Shown here piece after piece: positions 8,701 to 18,641 of a stretch of 64,000 nt of DNA. The notes under the pieces are model-generated. The model did not search any database and was not told the DNA's origin. It saw only the letters and a program-made list of their open reading frames with translations. The stretch is from Betaproteobacteria bacterium (GTDB lineage: Bacteria > Pseudomonadota > Gammaproteobacteria > Burkholderiales > SG8-41). Within the stretch, counting starts at the first letter, position 1, and each line of letters starts with the position of its first letter. The position numbers and the translations under genes are program-made. The stretch covers positions 10,119-74,118 of the forward strand of contig CANJQI010000002.1 in NCBI GenBank assembly GCA_947476215.1, in the 5' to 3' direction.

Positions 8701-11371
8701 CGATATTTCCGCGAACAATCTGATCAAGAACCTGCAGTGGACGAGCGGCGCCGACGTGATTGCCGCCAAGACCAATATTGATAACACGCAGCCCGACACC
8801 ACCAGCACGTGGGGCTATCAGTTCGAAACCGGGGGACTACCCTACGGTCCTGTCAACGCAGCCGACCTCACGACCGACGGAGGCTACGTATGGCTGGACG
8901 AGCTGGCGTATTTCATGGCCAAGGCCGATGTGAGCCCCCTGGCGCCCAATACCGCGGCTGAAGCCGGGGTGCTGACGGATCCCCTGCTCGCCCAGCGCCA
9001 GTCGGTAATTACGTACACGGTGGGCTTCGCCGGCGGCAATGCGCCAGTGCTGCAGAATACGGCGTTAAAAGGCGGTGGTACATACTATGTCGCAGACGAT
9101 ACCGCGGCGCTGTCCGCGGCACTGACCGCCGCACTCGTTGCGATACGCGAATGGAATCCGACCGTGGCTTCACCTTCGGTTCCGATATCAGCATTGAACA
9201 GGGCGGAAAACGGCACGGACGTATATCTGTCGTTCTTCAAACCCGACCCCTCGCAGACTTGGGACGGCACCGTCAAACGGTACCGGCTGGGCACCAGCGA
9301 GGCGGAGTGCGGTACCGGCATCACGCTATGTTTGACCAGCAAGGTCGCGGCCTCCAGCGGCTACCTTAACATTGAAAAGGTCGAGACCCTGCCTGACGGC
9401 ACCACGAATATCATCGTCGATGACACAGCGGAAAGTTACTGGACACCTACGCCCGACGGTGGCAAACCGAATCAGGGTGGAACGGGGCAACAGGTCATCG
9501 GGAACACGCCCGGATTCACGCCTGACAACCGCAAGGTCTTTACCTGGATCAGTAATGTCTCAACCAGCGCGGACACCACGACCACCAATAACCTGGTAAC
9601 GGAAGCAAATACTTATACGTCAACGAATACTTCCGGTTTCATCACCAAAGCCTTGCTGGGTTTGGCGAATTCGGCGGCGACGGACACGGCGGCATTGAAT
9701 GCAATCCGTTATATTCGCGGCGCCAATCTGGGCGATGCGAACTGCACGGATGGCAGCCCGGCGACGGTTTGTTCATGGCGTGCATGGGCACACGCCGATG
9801 TACAGCATTCGCGACCGACAATCGTAACCTACGACCCCATCGCCATTCCGGACACGCAGGTTCCTGCGCTGCAACAGCCGGCGACCCGCGCAAAAGTCCA
9901 GTATGTGTACTACCTTTCCAACGACGGGTTACTGCATGCGGTGGATGCCGACACCGGCAAGGAACAGTGGGTGTTCCTGGTCGAGGAAGCCTTACCGCAA
10001 ATCACGGCGTTGCAGGCGGACAGCTCGGGCGCGCAGCTTAATCTTGCGGATGGCAGCCCCATCGTATGGATCAGTGACGCCAATGGCGATGGAGCCATCG
10101 ATACATCCACCGACAAAGTCTATCTGTACTTTGGCCTGCGCCGTGGTGGACGCGCTTACTACGCTCTGGATGTCACGCAACGAGACGCTCCGGCCATGCT
10201 GTGGAAGATATCCAATACCACGACGTGCGGCCCCAAAGGTACGTCTTGCACCACAGATGCGACCTATAGCGAACTCGGTCAAACCTGGTCGACACCTACG
10301 GTGGGCAATATACGCAAACTGGGAGCAGGTGTGCCTGCCGTGGTATTCGGCGGCGGTTTCGACCCCAACCAGGATAACTTCAAGGTAACCAGCGCGGACA
10401 CCATGGGACGTGCGCTGTTTATCGTCGATGGCCGCGACGGAAAACGGGTCAGTTCGTTTGGCACCGGTCAGGCGCACTCGCTCTCCATGAACTACAGCGT
10501 GCCATCCGACCCTGCCGCCATCAATTCGGACCTCGATGCACAGGGCTTCCTGGATCGTGTCTACATTGGAGACATGGGTGGATATCTGTGGCGATTCGAC
10601 ATCAACAACAACGACCCGACACTGTGGACCGGAAAACTGCTCGCCAACCTTTCCAGCGATACGCCGCTGACGGTCGACCGGCGCAAGATCATGTTCCCGC
10701 CGGCGGTCGTGAAACAGAATTTTGGCGTTGCTGGCAGATTCGACGCGGTGTATGTGGGTACCGGAGATCGCGAGCATCCCACCAAAACGCAGGCCACGAC
10801 ACCGGCGACGCCGAACGACAAGATATTCATGATCAAGGATCCGGATTGGGACGTAACCCAACCGGTATCGGCAACGACGTGGACCTTTGCCGACCTGATT
10901 CAGCTGCCAAATAATTCGGCAACGGGCATTACCGCATCGGCACTGCTGACAGCGGGGGGATGGTACCGCGACCTTGATGCGGATTGCACACCGGCCGGTA
11001 CGCCGCCTAGAATCTCCTGCGGTGAAAAGGTTACGAGCGCGCCTACGGTGTTCTTCAACAAACTGCGGTTCGGAACCTACACGCCGACAGCGCAATCGAA
11101 TGCCTGTGCACCCGCCGGCGAAGGACGCCTCAACGAAATAGATGCGTTGACCGGTGCGTTCATACCGTTAAACGCAACATCCAGCGGGACATCCAAGGAC
11201 CGTTACTACTCCACGTTCCTGGCGCGCGGATACGTGTCAACCGGACAGTTGATCGTGGTGGGCAAGAACATCTACCACATCACGGTAGCCGATGCGCGTC
11301 TGCAGTCGATATTGGTGGGCACCATAGGCGCCGCGACCAAGATCTATTGGTACATGGAACCCGAACTATAG
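5774..11371 (+). CDS. pilY1: PilY1/PilC-family pilus tip adhesin, unusually large (1865 aa)
   Basis: Signal peptide; vWA MIDAS DTSDS at 5936-5950; later vWA elements near 8141 and 8675-8700. The C-terminal PilY1 propeller signatures are DANGDGAID (10076-10102) and DRVYIGDMGGYLWRFD. The gene sits in the operon position after pilX. Confidence 0.85.
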   Translation: MNNRLWFKKSVAWSLIAAIANPAAIAPAFARDTDIFLSVSAGSNTGEPNILIILDTSDSMNIPEAWREYPGAYDSHIEYLWNDPTFISQIGCSVANCATGSDQFTAATKNQSQPPDYTVGFLPQGYFAGADAAARGAFKQAALNYANAEDPLDAAISGAVDARNIWRNYSAGGITYLNNGTLTTAVAPNGINTDSSWIYWLPAATADTDPRLRAPAFNRWRGDQSNIGGVRGGINYGTASTNFSDNNKCTSSLNQLLPSTVYHPLPNSRNNGVWTNQIWQRWEPYLNLTSVNGTSGVPAYPATLSTTTTANGGAATATSGASVSYRNDFLGNTITPPVGTTVPPSLHPAAGAPKVDSAPITSTLNPAYFTSSTPGSQGQPIKTIKGPIPAAGWVSGDSYSAWGPLKGDLGGYNYQSVINSFNSTALGQAGLTLLLKTYGFNSSPNRCFGDTVVPTAANAANCAYQGNAVATGTPGYYDYRARDLALTTTVVSGGTTVTRVCGWNTTGPNNSNVATPNLGVTTNDGPDAGGVTRVWRNTANNFCVTNTTASTPPLGTPGGDYSAAPACAPSNSGQTFSTGSVTYGGTCAWTGRTSSVFEGDPTVYYHGGTCGGATTCTATGTGTCVTPHCVISGTTTGSVHGTPLTDYRTDNITNGCNRRSSSSTSQTCNVRNGGVCVTGNYAPGCSNQTAVIGAATTSTTKNYGTFNLAATTANFAHDCKADEGGAGPWMTNQQRNFGIAWNGTSAADNTNRAAAYTSTSANQITSGAVDMYSVNYLNWRFGPKANGNPIGRKTRLQIAKDALTALITNTDGVRFGLQVFNKQPSSDPGNVGSEGGNIAFAVSRMGNDPTDLPAYNNRAALQAKINGLLANAATPLTEALYEAYLYYAGRAPQFGILSTPALGGGTVSAGYDPTALCTTTNASIGCPVAGATAAAPRYKSPMMNNPDAGPPSATLLGPAVCQKNYVIMITDGGPDRDISANNLIKNLQWTSGADVIAAKTNIDNTQPDTTSTWGYQFETGGLPYGPVNAADLTTDGGYVWLDELAYFMAKADVSPLAPNTAAEAGVLTDPLLAQRQSVITYTVGFAGGNAPVLQNTALKGGGTYYVADDTAALSAALTAALVAIREWNPTVASPSVPISALNRAENGTDVYLSFFKPDPSQTWDGTVKRYRLGTSEAECGTGITLCLTSKVAASSGYLNIEKVETLPDGTTNIIVDDTAESYWTPTPDGGKPNQGGTGQQVIGNTPGFTPDNRKVFTWISNVSTSADTTTTNNLVTEANTYTSTNTSGFITKALLGLANSAATDTAALNAIRYIRGANLGDANCTDGSPATVCSWRAWAHADVQHSRPTIVTYDPIAIPDTQVPALQQPATRAKVQYVYYLSNDGLLHAVDADTGKEQWVFLVEEALPQITALQADSSGAQLNLADGSPIVWISDANGDGAIDTSTDKVYLYFGLRRGGRAYYALDVTQRDAPAMLWKISNTTTCGPKGTSCTTDATYSELGQTWSTPTVGNIRKLGAGVPAVVFGGGFDPNQDNFKVTSADTMGRALFIVDGRDGKRVSSFGTGQAHSLSMNYSVPSDPAAINSDLDAQGFLDRVYIGDMGGYLWRFDINNNDPTLWTGKLLANLSSDTPLTVDRRKIMFPPAVVKQNFGVAGRFDAVYVGTGDREHPTKTQATTPATPNDKIFMIKDPDWDVTQPVSATTWTFADLIQLPNNSATGITASALLTAGGWYRDLDADCTPAGTPPRISCGEKVTSAPTVFFNKLRFGTYTPTAQSNACAPAGEGRLNEIDALTGAFIPLNATSSGTSKDRYYSTFLARGYVSTGQLIVVGKNIYHITVADARLQSILVGTIGAATKIYWYMEPEL

Positions 11372-11390
11372 GAATCGAGAAAGCAGGAAC

Positions 11391-11421
11391 AAATTCCCGC
11401 CTGGGTGGCGGGAATTTTTTT
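11391..11421. terminator. intrinsic terminator hairpin between convergent pilY1 and ispH
   Basis: An 11-bp perfect stem, AAATTCCCGCC (11391-11401) paired with GGCGGGAATTT (11407-11417), with loop TGGGT. It is followed by a T-run on the plus strand and a weaker TTTGTT on the minus strand. Confidence 0.8.
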
Positions 11422-11463
11422 GTACGGCTCGTAAAACATCAACAACAATCGAGCACTCGTTTT

Positions 11464-12402
11464 TCAGGGTGCGGCGGCGTCCAGCGCAAGGTTTTTCGGC
11501 AATGGAAATGTCACACGTTCGGTAATACCATCAAGCTCGGACACGTGCTTAGCGCCCAATGCCTGCAGCTTTGCAATAACCTCCTGCACCAGCACTTCGG
11601 GCGCCGAAGCACCCGCGGTCACACCGATGCGTGACTTGCCGGTCACCCATACCGGATCGAGTTCCGCGGCATTGTCTATCATGTAAGCCGCAACGCCCTG
11701 ATTGGCAGCGACTTCGCGCAGACGATTTGAATTGGAACTGTTGGGCGAACCAACCACGATCACTACATCGCACTGCCGCGCCAGCGTCTTGATGGCGTCC
11801 TGCCGGTTCTGCGTCGCGTAGCAGATATCGTCTTTCTTGGGCCCTGCGATTTCAGGAAAGCGTACCTTGAGCGCGGCTATGATCAGGCTCGCATCATCAA
11901 CCGACAAGGTGGTCTGCGTCACGAACGCCAGCCTGCCGGCATCATGAACCTTGATCGCGGCGACATCTTCCGGCTTCTCAACGAGGAACATCCCGCCCTG
12001 CGACTGCCCCATGGTGCCCTCGACCTCGGGATGGCCATGATGACCTATCATGACGATCTCGCGGCCTTGCGCACGCATTTTGGCGACCTCGACGTGCACC
12101 TTGGTGACCAGCGGACAGGTCGCATCGAAAACCTTGAGATTGCGCGCTTCGGCCTCGTGCCGCACCGCCTTTGAGACGCCGTGGGCGCTGAAGATGACGG
12201 TGTTGCCGGAGGGTACTTCGCTCAAGTCCTCGACAAACACCGCACCCTTGGAACGCAAATCATTGACCACGAATTTGTTGTGCACCACTTCGTGGCGCAC
12301 ATAGATAGGCGCGCCGTGTATCTGCAAAGCGCGTTCCACGATCTCGATCGCACGATCGACACCGGCACAAAAACCGCGTGGTTTGGCGAGCAGAACTTCC
12401 AT
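11464..12402 (-). CDS. ispH: 4-hydroxy-3-methylbut-2-enyl diphosphate reductase
   Basis: 312 aa with [19 protein letters not shown]...VRHEVVHN, a typical IspH/LytB N-terminus, and three conserved Cys contexts. Confidence 0.95.
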   Translation of the reverse strand: MEVLLAKPRGFCAGVDRAIEIVERALQIHGAPIYVRHEVVHNKFVVNDLRSKGAVFVEDLSEVPSGNTVIFSAHGVSKAVRHEAEARNLKVFDATCPLVTKVHVEVAKMRAQGREIVMIGHHGHPEVEGTMGQSQGGMFLVEKPEDVAAIKVHDAGRLAFVTQTTLSVDDASLIIAALKVRFPEIAGPKKDDICYATQNRQDAIKTLARQCDVVIVVGSPNSSNSNRLREVAANQGVAAYMIDNAAELDPVWVTGKSRIGVTAGASAPEVLVQEVIAKLQALGAKHVSELDGITERVTFPLPKNLALDAAAP

Positions 12403-12482
12403 ATTAAGCCGTGCCTTAGAGTAGATGCTAAATTATAGGCCCAGACCACAAACGCAGGACGCAGTGAGAACCCGGATACTCT

Positions 12483-12977
12483 TCAACTCCTCGCTTCGCT
12501 CTCCTCACTCTTCACTCCTAGCTTCACTACCGGCCGGAAACTTTCCCATATCAACAACGCCGCGCCACAACTGATCGCTGAATCGGCGACATTGAATGCC
12601 GGAAAGTGCCAGCCCGCGGCATGGAAATCCAGAAAATCAACAACCGCCCCTATCTGCACGCGATCGATCACATTGCCGATAGCACCCGCCAGTATCAGGG
12701 TCAACGCAAAACAAAACAGCGTCTGCTCCCTGAACTTGTACAACAGATACAGGATCCACACCGACGCAATCAGCGCGATCGTGATAAATAGTTCGCGCTG
12801 CCAGCCGGATGCACCCGCAAGGAAACTGAACGCCGCGCCGCGGTTATAAGCCAGGACCAAATTGAAGAACGGCGTGACTTCGATCGGGCCGCTCACGCTG
12901 AGCGCATTCTTGATTGCGTGCTTGGTCCATTGATCCAGCGCTATCAACGACGCGGCAATTGCCAGCCAGGGGGTCAT
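12483..12977 (-). CDS. lspA: lipoprotein signal peptidase II
   Basis: The internal ATG at 12977 gives [19 protein letters not shown]..., with [15 protein letters not shown] and FNVADSAI motifs. ATGA overlap with the ileS stop. The track ORF is extended to 13091. Confidence 0.9.
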   Translation of the reverse strand: MTPWLAIAASLIALDQWTKHAIKNALSVSGPIEVTPFFNLVLAYNRGAAFSFLAGASGWQRELFITIALIASVWILYLLYKFREQTLFCFALTLILAGAIGNVIDRVQIGAVVDFLDFHAAGWHFPAFNVADSAISCGAALLIWESFRPVVKLGVKSEESEARS

Positions 12978-15886
12978 GCGTAAGTACGGATTTCGCCGGC
13001 GCCGTACAGATTGGCAACACAGCGTCCGCAGATTTCCGGACGCACGGCATCCGCACCCACGTCGGCGCGATAGTGCCAGCAGCGCTCGCATTTTCTATAT
13101 TGCGTCGCGCTGACCTTGATGGCGACGCTTTCCAGGGAAGTGGGCAACGCCGCCGCGTCCTTACCGCCATGGACCGTAGTCCGCGACGTGATGAACACAA
13201 AACGCAAGTCGTCGGCGAAAGACGCCAGGAAGTCGTGACTTTCGCCGTCGGCATAGAGATCCACCTCACCCGCCAGCGAAGAACCTATCTTGCCGCCTAT
13301 CCGAAGTTCCTCCAGCAGTTTAAGCGCATCGGAACGCAGTGCGCGCAGCTTCTGCCAGCGCGCGCGCAGGGCCGCCGCGTTGTCCGGCGTGGTGTGGGTA
13401 TGCCAGGTCTGTTCAAACACGGTGCTGGCACTTCCATTCAGGGTCTCCCAAACTTCGTGGGCGGTAAAGGTAAGAACCGGCGCCATCAATCGCACCAGCA
13501 CCTGCGTCATATGGTAAAGCGCGTTCTGCGCCGAACGTCGCGCGTGCGTATCGGTGCCGGCTGTGTATAACCTGTCCTTGAGTATGTCGAGATAAAAGCC
13601 GCCCAGATCCTCGGAACAGAATGCCTGCAACTTTTGCGCGACGACGTGAAACTCGTAACGCCCGTAGTGGCCTGGCGACTGAGAGTTCGTGGAACCTGAT
13701 TCGGACGGCGTCAGTTCCGCCTGCAGGTCCAGCGTCATGAGCCACGCATAACGATCGATTTCCAGCCAGTTTTCGACCGGCAATGCATGCGCAACCGGAT
13801 CAAAATCCGCCACGTTGGCCAGCAGAAAACGCAAGGTATTGCGTATACGCCGATACGATTCGACCACACGCTTCAGTATTTCGTCGGAAATCGATAATTC
13901 GGCTGAATAATCGGTCTGCGCGACCCACAGGCGCAGTATGTCGGCGCCCAGACTGTCCATCACTTTTTGCGGCGCGATCACGTTGCCGACGGATTTGCTC
14001 ATCTTGCGGCCATGCCCGTCGACCACGAAGCCATGCGTCAGCAGTCCCGCGTATGGCGCAACGCCATTGATCATGCACGATACCAGCAGTGAAGAATGAA
14101 ACCATCCGCGGTGCTGGTCGGATCCTTCGAGATAAAGATCGGCGGGAAAGTGGAGTTCAGCGGCGTGCGAACCGCGCAGTACTGTCTCGTGCGTCGAACC
14201 CGAGTCGAACCACACGTCCAGCGTGTCCCTGATTTTCTCGTAATGGTCGGCATCGGCCCCCAGCAACTCGCGGGGATCGACCTTCTGCCATTCCTCTATG
14301 CCGCCCTGCTCGACTTTTTTTGCCACGGCCTCCAGCAGTTCCAGAGTACGCGGATGCATTTCACGCGTTTCCTTGTGGATGAACAACGGCATGGGCACGC
14401 CCCATTGGCGCTGGCGCGACAGGGTCCAGTCGGGACGGTTCGCTATCATGCCGTGCAGCCTCGCCTGGCCCCACGACGGGTAAAACGTGGTTGCTTCGAC
14501 ACCACGCAACGCGGTGGACCGCAAGGACTCCGTGGGCTTGACGCCCTTGTATCCCGAGACCTGGTCCATGCCCGCAAACCACTGCGTGGTGGCACGGTAG
14601 ATGATGGCGGTCTTGTGGCGCCAGCAATGCATGTAACTGTGCTGCTCGGGCCTGGAATGAAACAAAGCCCCGCGTTCCTTGATGGTCTCGACGATTTGCG
14701 GATTGGCCTTCCAGATATTGAGCCCGCCAAACAGCGGCAGCGACTCTGCATAACGACCGTTGCCCTGCACCGGCGTCAACATGTCATCGTCTTTCATGCC
14801 ATAGGCGCGGCATGATTTGAAATCCTCGATACCGTAGGCCGGCGCGGCATGGACTATTCCGGTGCCGGTCTCCAGTGTCACGTAATTGGCGAGATAGACA
14901 GGTGAACGACGGTCGTAAAACGGATGCTGAAACTCTATGCCCTCAAGTGCCGCGCCTTTGCAGGTTCCCAACACGCGCCCACCATCGGGAAACTCGTAGC
15001 GCCGCGCCAGTTCCAGGTTTGCAACAGGGTCCGCACCGCCGGTGGACGCCGGTTTCAGCCAGATTTCGTTTGCCACGATCAACAGGCCGCGCGTTGTTTC
15101 CAGCAACGCATAGTCGAACTCCGGATGTACATTCAGCGCCTGATTGGCTGGTATGGTCCACGGTGTGGTGGTCCATATCACGATCCACCCGTTGCCCTCC
15201 GGAAGTCGCGTGAGGCCAAACGCCTTCGCAATTTTGTCAGGTTCGGCAAACGGAAAGCCCACGTCGATCGCGATATCTTTTCTGTCCGCGTATTCGACCT
15301 CGGCCTCTGCCAAGGCTGACCCGCAATCGAAGCACCAGTTGACCGGCTTAAGGCCGCGATAGACGTACCCCTTGGCGATCAATTTGCCGAGCGCGCGGAT
15401 CTCATCGGCTTCATTGCGGAAATCCATGGTCTTGTAAGGCCTGTCCCATGCGCCGAACACACCGAGACGGATGAAATCCTTCTTCTGGCGCTCGACCTGC
15501 TCAGAGGCATAGGCACGCGATTTCTGCTGCACCTCTTCAACCGACAGTTTTTTCCCGTATTCCTTTTCGATCTGGATTTCGATCGGCATGCCATGGCAGT
15601 CCCAACCCGGCACATAGGGCGCATCGAATCCGGACAGCGACTTGGACTTTACGATCATGTCCTTGAGTATCTTGTTTACCGCATGCCCGATGTGTATGTC
15701 GCCATTCGCGTACGGCGGTCCGTCGTGCAGCACGAATTTCGGCCGCCCCCGACTCGCGTCGCGTATGCGCTGGTAAAGATTGCGTTCCTGCCACGACTTG
15801 AGCATCAGCGGTTCGCGTTTTGCCAGATCGCCGCGCATGGGGAACGGCGTATCGGGCAGGTTCAGGGTTTTCTTATAGTCAGTCAT
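12974..15886 (-). CDS. ileS: isoleucine--tRNA ligase
   Basis: The start at 15886 gives [23 protein letters not shown] ([11 protein letters not shown]) and KMSKS motifs are present, plus a C-terminal zinc-finger CxxC...CxxC. Confidence 0.95.
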   Translation of the reverse strand: MTDYKKTLNLPDTPFPMRGDLAKREPLMLKSWQERNLYQRIRDASRGRPKFVLHDGPPYANGDIHIGHAVNKILKDMIVKSKSLSGFDAPYVPGWDCHGMPIEIQIEKEYGKKLSVEEVQQKSRAYASEQVERQKKDFIRLGVFGAWDRPYKTMDFRNEADEIRALGKLIAKGYVYRGLKPVNWCFDCGSALAEAEVEYADRKDIAIDVGFPFAEPDKIAKAFGLTRLPEGNGWIVIWTTTPWTIPANQALNVHPEFDYALLETTRGLLIVANEIWLKPASTGGADPVANLELARRYEFPDGGRVLGTCKGAALEGIEFQHPFYDRRSPVYLANYVTLETGTGIVHAAPAYGIEDFKSCRAYGMKDDDMLTPVQGNGRYAESLPLFGGLNIWKANPQIVETIKERGALFHSRPEQHSYMHCWRHKTAIIYRATTQWFAGMDQVSGYKGVKPTESLRSTALRGVEATTFYPSWGQARLHGMIANRPDWTLSRQRQWGVPMPLFIHKETREMHPRTLELLEAVAKKVEQGGIEEWQKVDPRELLGADADHYEKIRDTLDVWFDSGSTHETVLRGSHAAELHFPADLYLEGSDQHRGWFHSSLLVSCMINGVAPYAGLLTHGFVVDGHGRKMSKSVGNVIAPQKVMDSLGADILRLWVAQTDYSAELSISDEILKRVVESYRRIRNTLRFLLANVADFDPVAHALPVENWLEIDRYAWLMTLDLQAELTPSESGSTNSQSPGHYGRYEFHVVAQKLQAFCSEDLGGFYLDILKDRLYTAGTDTHARRSAQNALYHMTQVLVRLMAPVLTFTAHEVWETLNGSASTVFEQTWHTHTTPDNAAALRARWQKLRALRSDALKLLEELRIGGKIGSSLAGEVDLYADGESHDFLASFADDLRFVFITSRTTVHGGKDAAALPTSLESVAIKVSATQYRKCERCWHYRADVGADAVRPEICGRCVANLYGAGEIRTYA

Positions 15887-16018
15887 GTGCAGGCAATCAT
15901 TTGGCCGCCAAGGCGCCAGGAGCGCCAAGAAGTGCGGAATGAACAAGTAATCTCAAGATCATCGTAACAACGTACAACTATCAATACTGCCTCCAAACCT
16001 ACCTGCCTCTTGCGGTCT

Positions 16019-16966
16019 TTACTTGGCGGCCTTGGCGTCCTGGCGGCTAAAAAACACTCTCGTATTTTCAACATCAATCGCGATCTGTCGCTTCAGTGTT
16101 TCCACGTCCGCGTATTTCTCTTCATCGCGAAATTTATGAAGGAACTCCACCTTCAGGTGCGAACCATAAATATCTCTTTCGAAATCAAGGATATGCACCT
16201 CAAGACCGGGTCGGGCATTGTGCGCCACCGTGGGTCTTACGCCGAGGCTGGCGACACCGGGTAGGGCGTGTCCTTCGACGCCATGAACCAGCACCGCGAA
16301 TATTCCAGACACCGGCGGACGGTTGTGTTTCATCTGGACATTGGCGGTTGGGCAACCCAGTGTGCGCCCCAGGCGCTCACCGCTGACGACGCGACCGCTG
16401 ATACTGTAAGGGCGACCCAGCAGGCGTTCGGCAACCGCCATTTTTCCCGCCGCCAGCGCGTCGCGTACCGCAGTACTTGAAACACGCACGCCGTCCACCA
16501 TCACGCTGGTGATGGCATGCACTTCAAAGCCGCAGCGACTTGCCGCCTGCCGCAACATCACGAAATCACCACCGCGACGGGCGCCGAACCGAAAATCGTC
16601 GCCCACCAGTATCCAGCGCGCGGCAAGTCCCCGCTGCAGGATGCGTGAAATAAAATCGTCGGGCGTGGTCTTGGCGAAATCGAAGTTGAAACGGCAAATC
16701 TGCACACGTTCCACGCCGGCGGCATTCAGCAACTCGAGTTTCTCGCGCAGAGAGGTCAGTCGCGTGGGCGCCTTGTCGGGCGCAAAAAACTCGCGCGGAT
16801 GCGGCTCGAAGGTCATGACGCACGGCGCGACACCGAGATTGCGTGCCGCGTCTGTCAAACGCGCAAGCATGGCCTGGTGCCCGAGATGCACACCATCAAA
16901 ATTCCCGATGGTGAGGGCAACGGGGACGTCAGCAGCGACGGGAATACTGCGCCGAATCAGCAACAT
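16019..16966 (-). CDS. ribF: bifunctional riboflavin kinase / FMN adenylyltransferase
   Basis: 315 aa with LTIGNFDGVHLGHQAML and a C-terminal riboflavin kinase region (GRTLGCPTAN). Confidence 0.95.
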   Translation of the reverse strand: MLLIRRSIPVAADVPVALTIGNFDGVHLGHQAMLARLTDAARNLGVAPCVMTFEPHPREFFAPDKAPTRLTSLREKLELLNAAGVERVQICRFNFDFAKTTPDDFISRILQRGLAARWILVGDDFRFGARRGGDFVMLRQAASRCGFEVHAITSVMVDGVRVSSTAVRDALAAGKMAVAERLLGRPYSISGRVVSGERLGRTLGCPTANVQMKHNRPPVSGIFAVLVHGVEGHALPGVASLGVRPTVAHNARPGLEVHILDFERDIYGSHLKVEFLHKFRDEEKYADVETLKRQIAIDVENTRVFFSRQDAKAAK

Positions 16967-17065
16967 ACAAGCAAGCTAAAAGCTTGAATTATAGCGTGTT
17001 TTTAGAAACCGGCCTAGCCAGTTCCAGGGCGCTTCGCGGTCAACGACTCCCGTGCATGCGCACCA

Positions 17066-17842
17066 TCAGGCCGCAATGAGCTTGCCGCCAGCGAGCAGCA
17101 GCACAGCTGCAAGTACAAGACGCAAGACCAACTCCGGTACGCGCGACGCGGCATGACTGCCCAGATAGACGCCGGGCAAAGATCCCGCGAGTAAACTCGC
17201 CAACATCATATAGTTCACATTGCCCAGCGCCGCGTGCCCCAGCCCTGCCACCAAAGTCAGAGGCACCGCATGGGCGATATCGCTTCCCACTAACAGTACT
17301 GGCGGTAACCGCGGATAGAGCGCAAGCAGCGCCACCATGCCCAGCGCGCCCGCGCCTACTGACGTCAACGTTACCAGCACTCCCAATACAGCGCCCGTAG
17401 CCGTCGTTACGACGGCCCGCTTGCGCTCGCTCCAGTTGGCCGAGCCGGTTCCGAATTTCAAGAACCGCAAGCGACCTTTGAATATAAGCGAGAGCGCAGT
17501 CAGCACCACCATGCAGCCCAGGCCTGTGGTTACCAGGGACGAAAAGTGTTTGCTTTGCGCGCCCAGCAAATAGGCTGCCAGCGCGGTCAGGAGCGCTGCG
17601 GGAATACTGCCGGCGGCGAGCCGGCGCACCACCGTCCAGGCGATATTGCCGTGGCGCCAGTGCACCCAGCTCCCGGCGCTTTTGGTCGCGGCCGCATAGA
17701 GCAGATCCGTTCCAACCGCAAGCGCGGGAGGAATCCCGAAAAACAGTATCAATATCGGGGTCATCAGTGCGCCCGCGCCGACACCCGAGAGACCCACGAT
17801 GAACCCGACGACCAGTCCCGCAAAGGTGTAACCAAATTCCAT
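17066..17842 (-). CDS. TauE/SafE-family (DUF81) sulfite/anion exporter
   Basis: 258-aa polytopic membrane protein with the repeated GxGGG-like motif (GLSGVGAGALMTP ... TSVGAGALG) typical of TauE/SafE. It is the last gene of the cys operon. Confidence 0.8.
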   Translation of the reverse strand: MEFGYTFAGLVVGFIVGLSGVGAGALMTPILILFFGIPPALAVGTDLLYAAATKSAGSWVHWRHGNIAWTVVRRLAAGSIPAALLTALAAYLLGAQSKHFSSLVTTGLGCMVVLTALSLIFKGRLRFLKFGTGSANWSERKRAVVTTATGAVLGVLVTLTSVGAGALGMVALLALYPRLPPVLLVGSDIAHAVPLTLVAGLGHAALGNVNYMMLASLLAGSLPGVYLGSHAASRVPELVLRLVLAAVLLLAGGKLIAA

Positions 17843-17857
17843 ATCGACGACTTGCTT

Positions 17858-18628
17858 TCAGGATAGATTGGCGATGGCGCGCTCGTCTCTGGCGTGACAG
17901 GTGTTATCCACCGCAAGACAATCGCGCCGATAAACTTCGCCCACTAAAATTACCGCAGGGCCGCTGAGACGCCAGTGCACCGCATCGGTTGCCAAGTGGT
18001 GCAAACACGTTTCAAAACGGCGCATGCCGCGCAGCGATGCATTCTCGACAACCGCGACCGGCGTGTCCGCCGCCATGCCTGCCGCCTGCAGCGCGGTTGC
18101 CACTTGCGCGGCCTGGCTGGCGGCCATATAAATCACCGCCGTATCGGCGGCTGCCACGCTTTTCGCCCAATTGACGGCTTCTTCTCCGGCGCCTACGCGC
18201 GGCGTCACAAACACCACGCTGCGACTGACACCACGCCGCGTCAGGGAAACGCCCAGTTCCGCGCTCGCTGCGAGGGCCGAAGTGACGCCGGGCACGACGC
18301 TTACTTCGACACCGGCCTCGCGCAGCGCTGAGATTTCCTCCTGCGCGCGCCCGAATAACATCGGGTCTCCGCCCTTGAGCCGCACCACGATGTCAAACCG
18401 CGCCGCAGCATCGATCAATCGTTTGTTGATGAAACGCTGTGCCGTCGAGTGCGCGCCGCAACGCTTGCCCACGGCGATCTTTTCCGCATTCACCGCCAAC
18501 GCAATCGTATCCGGATGAACCAGCGCATCGTGAAACACGATGTCCGCCCTGCGTAACAGGTCCGCTGCGCGCAATGTGATCAGATCCGGTGCGCCTGGCC
18601 CGGCGCCGACCAAGTAGACGATGCCCAT
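17858..18628 (-). CDS. cobA: uroporphyrinogen-III C-methyltransferase (SUMT domain only)
   Basis: 256 aa with VYLVGAGPGAPDLITLRA...RLKGGDPMLFGR. There is no CysG N-terminal dehydrogenase/chelatase domain. Confidence 0.9.
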   Translation of the reverse strand: MGIVYLVGAGPGAPDLITLRAADLLRRADIVFHDALVHPDTIALAVNAEKIAVGKRCGAHSTAQRFINKRLIDAAARFDIVVRLKGGDPMLFGRAQEEISALREAGVEVSVVPGVTSALAASAELGVSLTRRGVSRSVVFVTPRVGAGEEAVNWAKSVAAADTAVIYMAASQAAQVATALQAAGMAADTPVAVVENASLRGMRRFETCLHHLATDAVHWRLSGPAVILVGEVYRRDCLAVDNTCHARDERAIANLS

Positions 18629-18641
18629 GGGTGTACCGACG

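Noticed and set aside
12974-15946. Track ORFs with long N-terminal extensions: ileS to 15946, lspA to 13091, dxs to 44989, rpsT from 31960, fimT from 2702, arsS-like from 47459, DUF547 from 51088, DUF2064 from 52667, BPH-like from 37376, protease from 39290, RR from 58458, HK from 59209, sseA from 57613, xseB to 46370, ispA to 46039.
   Set aside because: The extensions overlap upstream genes and are Arg/Pro/Ala-rich. Conserved family N-termini begin at internal start codons, often with start-stop coupling, so the shorter coordinates are reported.
16969-16985. Small palindrome CAAGCT-AAA-AGCTTG just upstream of the ribF start.
   Set aside because: It is a 6-bp stem containing a HindIII-type palindrome with no flanking T-run or obvious operator context. 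Chance occurrence is plausible.
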